Origin: Rhizodiscina lignyota
Lineage: Eukaryota
Direction of reading: 5' to 3'
NCBI GenBank assembly: GCA_010015805.1
Contig: ML978133.1
Coordinates: 620,001 to 684,000, forward strand
DNA length: 64,000 nt
Part shown: positions 25,368 to 34,104 of the stretch, one piece after another
Layout: every line of letters begins with the position of its first letter
Position numbering within the stretch: position 1 is the stretch's first letter
Translations under genes and position numbers: made by a program
The notes under the pieces: model-generated
Seen by the model: only the letters and a program-made list of their open reading frames with translations
Databases searched by the model: none
What the model was told of the DNA's origin: nothing

Positions 25368-25459
25368 ATGATGAGCAAATTGATACTGCACGCATAGCCT
25401 TTGAGCTCCTTAGGCTTTACTCTTCGGCAATGGTTGAGATATATGACATTACTCTCTGA
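25368..25459 (+). ncRNA. Intronic box C/D snoRNA 1 (target uncertain)
   Basis: Box C ATGATGA 25368 and box D CTGA 25456 inside intron 25336-25538. Box D is about 60 nt from the branch point GCTGAC. Confidence 0.68.
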
Positions 25460-25612
25460 TCCAATATGACACTCTACCACAGTTTTCGTCCGGATAAAGA
25501 CTTTGCTGTTGTGGTTTGCTGACATGCCGATACTCCAGAGATTTGTCGGCCTCTCGATCTCTTGATCTGTAATACACAGCCCGGTACGTTATACCTTCTT
25601 TTCTTCTTGTTC

Positions 25613-25704
25613 GTGAATGATGAAATTGGTAAAAGGTGTAGAGAGCCACTTGGCTACGAGCCTCGGTGGCTCTCCATGACATACTTTGCATCGTCTGATC
25701 TCAC
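25613..25704 (+). ncRNA. Intronic box C/D snoRNA 2 (antisense to U5 loop 1)
   Basis: Terminal stem gtga/tcac, box C 25617, box D 25695 and internal hairpin gagagccac/gtggctctc. TGGTAAAAGG at 25627-25636 is complementary to conserved U5 CCUUUUACCA. Confidence 0.8.
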
Positions 25705-26083
25705 CTCCGAGACCTTCCTTGGGACGCGTTCATTTTCATACATGGCTGGATGCACATGCTAACCTCCCAATACTCGCAGTGATGATTTCGAATTCCCGAT
25801 TGGCCGTTCGAAGCGCAGTGAGTCCAAACTCTCTTCATTCCACATTTTGATTGTTCAATCGGCTCATCATTTTCCGTCGTCATGTTCGCCAGCATCTTCA
25901 GGACAGCCCGGGCCCCTGGCGTTTGTCCGACTTTGTCGATCCCATGACATTCACTGGGCTTCAGGAGTCGGTCATCCGAGGACATTGTGTCCTGTCCGAG
26001 ATCAAACAGCCGGCGAGCCAAGGGCCCCTTTTCCACTGTAGAAGTCGGCCCTTTCAAAGTTAATTTCTCGGCCAGAAATTAAT

Positions 26084-26226
26084 CTCTGGGTGTGATGATT
26101 CAAATCTAATAATGGGCTACACGCTTGGCTCCCGGAAGAGTTATGAAGGGTTCCTTCTGGTTCCCTTCAAAACCGCCGGGCAGCCACTCGTACGCCATGC
26201 AGAAATAAAGGCAATCTGATCCAGAG
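26084..26226 (+). ncRNA. Intronic box C/D snoRNA 3
   Basis: Perfect 6-bp terminal stem ctctgg/ccagag, box C GTGATGA 26092, box D CTGA 26216. D-guide AAAGGCAA. Confidence 0.8.
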
Positions 26227-26595
26227 TTCTGACCGGCTGACAACCCATCCCTCCAATCTTTTCAATGTTCCTCGGTTTGCACTGATGCTCGTCGGGAGCG
26301 GCGAGAATGTATCTGATTGGCATTGATTTCCCGCTGACGCACTTATCAGATCACTTTGTCCCCTTCTCTTTCTCTCATGCATAACCCTGTTTGAGCTTGC
26401 TAACAACTCGTCTTAAACAGGCTTCGGAGGCAGATCCTTTCGCTGGCGGTCTCATTTTTCGCCTGTCACTTGCTCCGTTTGGAGATTGAGACACGGACGA
26501 GACGCCGTCAAAGACATTGATGGCGAAAAGATTGAGGCGAGCCCAGATTTCTCTTTCCATTCTTTTGCACGAGTTCCTGCACCCACTCCCGTATC

Positions 26596-26668
26596 ATGAT
26601 GAACCTACCATGCTAATGCTGAGCCGTCGGCTGTGACCATCTTCTATTGTTTCAAATCAATTGTCTGA
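26596..26668 (+). ncRNA. Intronic box C/D snoRNA 4, predicted U6 snRNA 2'-O-methylation guide (mgU6-53-like)
   Basis: Box C 26596; guide CCATGCTAAT 26608-26617 pairs with U6 AUUAGCAUGG; D' CTGA 26619; box D 26665. The fifth nt upstream of D' pairs with the A equivalent to human U6 A53. Confidence 0.87.
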
Positions 26669-27077
26669 TCCAACACGGAGAGCTATTTGCCAATCGAGCT
26701 TTGAGACTTCTCTTTAAATCCGAGCTAATACATACGATCTCCGCGCAGGCTTTCCCCTCCACCAGTGTGACGAAACACCTCTACTTCCTCCTCCTCACGC
26801 ACAACGCGAATCACCCAAGCTGCGAACGATCGATCGTTGTCTCGCCGGACTCGTGAATGACTTCTGCATGGCCTGGAACACATGTCCAATATAACAGCCA
26901 GTATTGTCGAAGCGGTTGGTTGAGCACTGTCGTACAATCCAAGGAGCCTGGAAGCTGCATTGTCTGGCCACGCAGCGGGGAAGCTGTCGTTGGATAAGAC
27001 TGGAAGAGTCAGCTTGTCCTACGTGGCCACTGTCATTGTGAGTCTGCCGTTGTTTCCTCCTTTATGGGTAGCACCAC

Positions 27078-27207
27078 GTTGGAAGGATGACAAAGATTAC
27101 GGCAAAACATACCTACCTTAGCTTCTCTTCTGCTCAAGTCAGGGTTGAGATGCAAACGGGATGAAATGACTCCCGTGGATGACCGAAAAAATCTTCGCCT
27201 GACCAAC
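27078..27207 (+). ncRNA. Intronic box C/D snoRNA 5 (variant C box AGGATGA)
   Basis: 5-bp terminal stem gttgg/ccaac, C'-like TGGATGA and box D CTGA 27199, inside intron 27038-27274. Box D is about 52 nt from GCTAAC. Confidence 0.68.
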
Positions 27208-27379
27208 ATAAACACATAGCCACGACTCTTTCTGCCATTTAAAAGTTGCTTGGGCTAACAATATGTACGGACAGGCTCGCCGCTGCCCCGACAAGATGCA
27301 CCAGAGGAGTCTGGTCCCGCACGAGAGCTTTTGCGCGTGAGTCGCTCCATTTATTTCTTCATGAGTACCACTACATTGC

Positions 27380-27476
27380 ATGATTACAACAACAAGATCT
27401 AAGCCAAGCGAGGAGAACTTACCGGCGGTATTGGGCGGGAACGCCTGATGACGACAAGATCTCAATCTTCTTCTGA
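27380..27476 (+). ncRNA. Intronic box C/D snoRNA 6 (antisense to U2 and U6)
   Basis: Box C ATGATTA 27380, C' TGATGA 27446 and box D 27473 in intron 27337-27548. GATCTAAGCCAA 27396-27407 pairs with fungal U2 UUGGCUUAGAUC; AATCTTCT pairs with U6 AGAAGAUU. Confidence 0.78.
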
Positions 27477-28149
27477 CCCACACAAACATATTGCGATGAC
27501 TGTTTCTGCGTATCACAAGTTACTGAAGCTGACAAAATGTACCACCAGATTTGCCCGGAACGAAACGGAGACAAAGACGCATGCAGGACAGGTGCAATCC
27601 GGAGAAGTCTGGTGCAAGGAAATGGCCTTTAACCGTGTGAGTCTGCACTCTGCTTTTCTTCATCAGAGTCCCATGTTGTCTTGAAAGTGATTCAAAAAGA
27701 AGACAATAATGGCTTGGTTCCTTGTGCCATGTGCATCGAATCCCAACTCGCGTGTTGAACTTGTAGTAGCAGCGATATGATCTGCAATGACCCTGCGTTC
27801 GTTGTTCAGCTCCGCTTTATATGTTACTTCGGCTAACGGAATCGTGTTTCCAGGCTCCAAGACAGCGTGAAAGTGACGGCGCCGAAGTCGTCAAAGCCAC
27901 ACTTGGACGGTACCAGCTGGCCTCCACGAGTAAGTGACATCTCAGTCACTACTGTGCTCGAAGAAACAGCTTGAACGGCGATGCTGACACCGAGAGAAGC
28001 AACGGCCAGGCCAACAAGATCATAGTCGAATACAGGCTCGAATCGAAGTGCGAATGAAAGCATAGTCGGCGGTAACGATTCAGACAGTATAGACAACCTA
28101 AGCACGTGAGTCCGGTCTCGTACTTCTGAAACCCAAAGCAGCATATTTC

Positions 28150-28316
28150 ATGATGACAACCCATAATCCAATCGTACAGGCGTCACAGCTTCGGTACACA
28201 TCGAAGTGGTTTCGCCTCGTTGCCTAACCTGCATTGCACATCGAAGTGGTTTCGCCTCGTTGCCTTAACCTGCGGTGTGTGCCGGAGTGCCCATGACGAA
28301 TTTGAAGAACATCTGA
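28150..28316 (+). ncRNA. Intronic box C/D snoRNA 7
   Basis: Box C 28150 and box D 28313 preceded by GAAGAACAT, in intron 28106-28402. Paralog of snoRNA 8. Confidence 0.75.
28197..28273. repeat. Tandem duplication with a 40-nt period inside snoRNA 7
   Basis: cacatcgaagtggtttcgcctcgttgcct(t)aacctgc at 28197-28232 and 28237-28273. Confidence 0.95.
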
Positions 28317-28530
28317 TCCTTAACAATGCCTTTGGAGCTCTGTCCTGAATTGCAAATCTTGCTTTGTCCATCCTTTGCTAACACTATTATCATCGAATAT
28401 AGGCTCAAATTGAACTTTGAAGGGAGAACGAGAGCATGGTCGACGGCAACGATTCGGACAATATGGACAACCTAAGCACGTGTAAGTCCAGTCTCGTACT
28501 TCTGAATCCGAAGCAACTTACTTCATGGAA

Positions 28531-28691
28531 ATGATGAATATCCTATAATCTTCGTACCCTAATGGGTTTTTCATCTTAGTCCATTCCATGGCTCCAACCA
28601 GACTTGTGAGGTTTCGCCTGCCATGGCACACTGGTGGAGCAATACCCCGTCTGTGTGGAGTTATGACATGCAGAAAATGAGGAACATCTGA
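28531..28691 (+). ncRNA. Intronic box C/D snoRNA 8
   Basis: Stem tgga/tcca, box C 28531 and box D 28688 preceded by GAGGAACAT, in intron 28482-28763. Box D is 50 nt from GCTAAC. Confidence 0.8.
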
Positions 28692-28991
28692 TCCAATGAC
28701 ATTACAACTTCATTCTTCTCAAGCACCTTGGATTTCCCGCGCTAACAAGGTTTTGGTAAACAGGCTCAAGACAGACGGCAGACGAAGAAGGAAGAAAGGC
28801 GTCGCGCAGACACTAAAGAGGCGTAATTGAGAATTGAGATTGATTGAAAGAGAAAGTGGAGGAGAAAGAGCTAGTCATTGACGTTCACGAGCCGAGAAGG
28901 CAGGCAGCACAGGAAGTAGACCGGCGGACTGAACCACACACACACCTTCAGTCCCAGTAAATAGCCTTTGACTCAAGATGACTTCTATATT

Positions 28992-29580
28992 CTACCGCGC
29001 CGCACTATCTCGTGATTGCATCAGCTTCCTCGCTTCCGCCTTCAACCAGCTCGCATCTGGCGGCAGTTTCGATTTTCCCTCGGGCAAAAGTTTCTCTTCC
29101 TCTTCATCTCTCATCGCATTGGCCGCGTTATAGCCCTTCCTATCCCACGGTGTGTAGTCCTTTGGTTCTTCCGGCCATACGAATGGCTTCTCCATCCGAA
29201 TTGTCATATACTTTGTGCTTATCGGTCTATGCCATTGTCTCTTTGAGGCTCGTGTCTCTGCGGGCTTGTTCGGCTGGATCGGTGATATCCTGACAACCGA
29301 TCGCACATGTAATGCTTCGACTCCATATGCATGGTAGAGATAGTCCTTCAAATCGAGTTTGTTCCAGTTCAGCGGTACGCGGAATCTTGCGAAGGTCGGA
29401 GGTAGGTGCTTTGTACGGAGAAGTGTGACAACGGCTTTGATCGGCGGCCTGCGTAGTATGTGTCAGAGAGAGTCCAGCGAGCAATGCAAACACTTTACTG
29501 AAGAGCACGACTCACAAGTATATCTCCTTCTGCCCAATCACCTTGAATATATTGCCGAATTTACGCATAGCGGTAGCCAT
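28992..29580 (-). CDS. MRP20: Mitochondrial ribosomal protein uL23m
   Basis: Exon 1 MATAMRKFGNIFKVIGQKEIYL, intron, then PPIKAVVTLLRT..LPPTFARFRVPLNWNKLDLKDYLYHAYGVE...KYMTIRMEKPFVWPEEP. Confidence 0.88.
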
Positions 29581-30811
29581 CACTGCAATATTGCACTCTC
29601 ATATATGCATTCCTCGGCACAATGTTGACCTCTTCCTCTTTTTGTAGTCGAAGGGATCTTGTTCTTCCCACGGTCGCCGGAAGCGGTGGTAGAAGATGCT
29701 CGATATGCTGCTGATGTAGACAATGTTTGTGGACGAGTCAGAAGTTGAGCTTGAGGTGATGTTCGAGCAGCAAGTGGAGTGGAGTGGATGGAGCTCGAGC
29801 TGGAATACAAGAGGAACGTGGTGGAATCGCGATTATAGTGTCGGCGGAGCCTGGTAGATATTTCCGTGCCAGAGGTTGAGAAATTGGGCGTGTCTTTACT
29901 GCTACTGCGTGGCAGATGGATATAGAGCTGGTGCTGTCTCCGTCAAAGTAGCAGACGTAGATTGCAGAGATGAGAGAAGTGGTTTCAGGGTAGGTCGCCG
30001 CTCTTGTTGGAGATGTCGCAGTTTGTGTCCACTATAGAGCAATTATTAATTGAAGAGACAAGAATGGAAGCAAGCCTGCAATTGAGACGAGAGGAACAGA
30101 AACGCGTTGTAGACGGTCAAATATGGGAAGAAGGCGTGTAGCTCCCTCAAAAACTCACATGGGCACTCGGCTCAATATCGGACATTTCCGAGGCCGACGC
30201 AGAGGGCGCCTGAGGCACGTCTAGTATGTAAGAGCCCATACTTAAGAGATTTTAGAATCCCTTAAGATGCTGCTTCACCATTATGTACTTCTCAGGCCGA
30301 CATTCACCTCGAATCTTGCATGTCATCGAATTCTGAAGTACAAGTTCAAGCATCCCTGAAGCACTCGCCTCGAGCGATTTCCCATTTAGCCAGAAGAACG
30401 TGTCGCTTCGCCCAATTTGTCAAACAAGACACCTCTCAGTGCCCTATGATACTTCTCTCGCGCTGGACTCACTTGCTCTGACGTTCAGCCGGACACTCCT
30501 CAGTGCTATTTAATACGAGCAAACCAGGGCCCTCAGTGGGTCGCACGACGTACGGATCGTTCATTGAGAAAGATCTGCGTTAGCGAGAAAGCGACGTGAG
30601 ATTCTTGCGAGATTCGTCGCGATACAACCTCCTGCTTCGTTTGCGAGGCCCCATCCTAATCTCCGTCAGCTCTTGCCACCATGTTATAGCATGGCAATCT
30701 CGTCTTAAAACACATAGCCCTCTGTTCGTGCCAATATCCTCCGCAGAGAATAACCCCGTCGCTGTCAACCTCAGATTTGCCATCGATATTGGTCTTCTTA
30801 CTGTCCAAATC

Positions 30812-32763
30812 ATGTGGCCCCAAGCTTGCGTCATCACCGCGCTGGTGCTGTACTTCTCTCTAACAATACTTCCGCTCTATCGCAACTATGTGGTTGCGAG
30901 GAAGGTCGGATTGCCAATCATCATCAGCCCCGTCAATCCCTTGGGAGTATTTTGGCTCCTCTTGGGAGTACGTTTCATACCACTGATACGATTGCTTCCA
31001 AACCGTCTCTCCCTATGGACTCATTGCACCGAGTACGGCGGAGGATTCAATGACAGGACCGCCATCCACAAGCGAGTCGGGCCAGTCTTCATGCATGTCA
31101 ATCCTGCTTGGAATGAGTTGGTGGTCGCCGATGCAACCTCTGCGGCCAGCATTCTCAATAGAAGGAAAGACTTCATTAAGCCCCAAATATTTTATGGTGA
31201 GTAACTCCCGACTATCAGATTTGGTTCTAATTGAGCCCAGAGCGTTTGAACGTCTTTGGTTCTAATGTCGATACGGTACGTACAATCTTAATAAATTCTC
31301 TCATGCAGATTGCCCTTCTTTCTAACGGGCCCTTCATTTTTCTAGGTTGAAGGCGATGACTGGCAGAGGCAGCGCAAATTAACGGCGCCTTGCTTCAACG
31401 AAAAGACTAGTAAGGGCGTTTGGGATATCGCCTCCAATCAGGCAAAATCAATGGTAGAACACAACATGTCTCTGTTCGATACTTCCACGAACTCGCTGCA
31501 AGATGACTCCAGGACAATAGCTATGAATGTCCTCGTTGGCATTGGCTTCGGTATTATGCAAGACTTCCTCACTGGACAGAAGAAGGTCGACCCAGGCTAT
31601 TCCATGAGCTACGTGGACTCGCTAAGGACAATCATCCGCAACATTTTGTTCACCTTTATCTTTCCTCACAAGGTTCTCCTTTATGGATTTATGCCGAGGG
31701 CACTACGCAAGGTGGGCATCGCCATAGCAGAGTTCGGCCGGTACAACCATGAGTTGCTAGCCAAGGAACGCGATGCTATACAGCACGAACAGCAAGCTGT
31801 CCGGAACAACCTCTTGAGTACATTGGTCCGATCATCAGATGCCGAAGATTCAAAGACAGGCAAGAAGCAAGGACTTTCCGAGGAAGAAATTCTCGGAAAC
31901 ATGTTCATTTTCAGCCTCGCAGGACACGACACGACAGCCAACACTATTACTTTTGCTATTGGGCTTCTTGCTGTCCATCCAGAGTGGCAAACCTGGATAC
32001 AAGAGGAGCTCGACTACGTCTTTGGAGCGAAGGCGGGAGGAGAATATGAAGATGCATTTTCAAAGCTCAAGCGGTGTCAAGCGGTAGTAGTAAGCACCTC
32101 ATCTGCTCTTTCATTCGTTCCATGACCATATCGACGTGACTCATGTATACGGACCACTATCCTTGTTCTCGCTGACGCCTGTTGCAGTTTGAGACACTCC
32201 GACTTTGGGGCTCGGTCCCATTTATTGTCAAATCCACTGGAGCTGAAGCCCAACCTCTCGAGCTTCCATTCGGTGCTCCAGGGTCCGCGTACCGCCAATG
32301 CATCCTTTCGCCTAATACTATGATACATATCAACCTCCCAGCACTTCATATCTCTCCTGAAAACTGGGGTTCTGACAGCCTCACATTCCGACCATCTCGC
32401 TGGATCCAGACTGGTGGTTCTGTTTTGCCGACTGACTCTGCACTGCCAAAGGATCTCGAGTCGGAGAGGCTAATCACTCCCCGAGCTGGCGAGTTCATTC
32501 CTTGGGCTATGGGCCCGAGGAATTGCCTCGGTATGAAATTCGCTCAGGTAGAAGCCGTATCGGTGCTGAGCACGGTGTTCAAGAGCGCGCGAGTCAAGCC
32601 AAGCTTGGCGCCGGAACTGCGCACTGGACAGTATGATCTGTCTGATGGAAGATTATCGAGAAAATTGGCGATGGAAGTGCTCAAAGAGAGGCGTGTGGAA
32701 GTTACAATTACGATTGCCAGGCCTCACGACCTCTGGCTGAAGTGGGAAATGAGAGAGGGATAG
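30812..32763 (+). CDS. Cytochrome P450, four exons
   Basis: Start MWPQ at 30812, VEGDDWQRQRK, FSLAGHDTT, ETLR, RPSRW and FIPWAMGPRNCLG. Three canonical introns keep the frame. Confidence 0.9.
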
Positions 32764-33125
32764 CCCTGGCTGCCACCTATCCAACTGCCCTTATGTCTAT
32801 CCTCTGTAGTAAATGTAGATTATGCTCTAAAAAGTCGAACATCTTCCGAAATGAAATAGTGAAATACGGTCCAAAGTTTCAGAATGCTCTCAGATGCGCC
32901 TTTGCTTGCGTTGAAGGGCAAAGTTCATCCACATTATAATTTGTCGCACTCGAAGTGGGGTTCGTGAAGAACGTAAAACCAAACTTTTCGGTCACGATCG
33001 TATTGAACCTATTGTAATTATAGCACTCATAATTCCATGTCGATCCACCATCCAGCTTGTTTATCGCCACAAAGACTAAAAAGGCCCATCGCCATATTCA
33101 CTCTACCAGTACGATATCTTCAGCC

Positions 33126-33863
33126 ATGGAGCTGAACGCGTCAGATCGGCTTCTTCTCCAGGAAAGATACAACCCCATATACAACCCATTTCCGGCGAAG
33201 CCGGTCCTAGTGAAACAGTATAGCCGATGGCCACAATAGATTACGCTTGTTCATCATCTGACAAGGCATTAGGAGCAACGCATACGACCGCACCGCTTTC
33301 ACCGAGCGGCCGCTACTCGGATCACTCCTCTTCGACAACAACGATTCTGACGCTCGCGACCATTGTGCCAATGAGAGAAGTGAATCTGCCCAATCCGAGA
33401 ATGCGCTTGCTTCGGTAGTTCTCACGCGTTGTATTAGCATTCTTGTCGTGGCTCCGCTTGTCCATGTACATGGCGATTGTCGCCGTCGCCATCGTCATCT
33501 CGTTTCATCTGAAGCATCAGCCAACGGACACGGAACGCCGCGTTGCTCTGCCGTTCGGCATCATCTTTTGGCTGCTCTCGTTGGCGTGTCTTGTAAGCGG
33601 GCTGGCGAATTATATCAAGACCGTTACAAGATACTCGCAGCGGATGGCTCTTGTGCAGACGGGATGGAAGACGCAAGTGGTATGTGACACCTTACTATCG
33701 CTTAAATCGACTTTTTTCTGGTTGTTTGTTTTGCCACAGGATGGCTTCATTGGAACTGTATAGACGCCGCTAACATGATGGATAGGTTTTCACAGTTGTG
33801 GCAGCTGCAATAGTGGCTGCATGTGTACTATTCCTTTCCACCAATTCAGAAAATACCAGTTAA
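33126..33863 (+). CDS. DUF202 (YidH/Vtc1-like) membrane protein
   Basis: Spliced product contains DARDHCANERTFLSWLRL followed by three hydrophobic segments. Three introns. Confidence 0.85.
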
Positions 33864-33998
33864 GCGACATGATGAACCCAGAACGGAAATCGAAATTGGT
33901 GGCCTATTTTGAGCATGTCGTCCCGGCAATACATGAACAGTGAACCGATCCAGTGAACGCCAGCCATGCAAACCTATCCTTTCCCGTTTGCTATATCG

Positions 33999-34082
33999 TC
34001 CTGCAAAGCATATCCTGCAAAGCATATCCTGCAAAGCATATCCTGCAAAGCATATCCTGCAAAGCATATCCTGCAAAGCATA
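33999..34082. repeat. Minisatellite, six perfect copies of TCCTGCAAAGCATA (14 bp)
   Basis: Read directly. Lies between the convergent DUF202 and RFA2 3' ends. Confidence 0.97.
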
Positions 34083-34104
34083 CCCGCAAACCGTTCTTCC
34101 CACC

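Larger units (their letters stand above)
24800..28950 (+). ncRNA. Spliced non-coding snoRNA host transcript (ends approximate)
   Basis: No credible ORF. Pyrimidine-rich start region near 24780-24890. Donors at 25056, 25336, 25584, 25818, 27038, 27337, 27637, 28106 and 28482. GCTRAC/GCTAAT branch points with YAG acceptors at 25538, 25779, 26349, 26748, 27274, 27548, 27853, 28402 and 28763. Confidence 0.8.

Noticed and set aside
27109..27122. ATACCTACCTTAG resembling the U1 snRNA 5' end
   Set aside because: Mismatch in the invariant ACUUAC, no U1 stem-loops or Sm site, and it lies inside C/D RNA 5.
27391..27461. CAAGATCT elements as the U24/snR24 rRNA guide
   Set aside because: Only 8 nt, not adjacent to a D box, and the second U24 guide (ATTTGCTAC) is absent.
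28197..28273. Direct repeats as a CRISPR-like array
   Set aside because: Two near-adjacent copies with no spacer, in a fungal intron; a simple tandem duplication.
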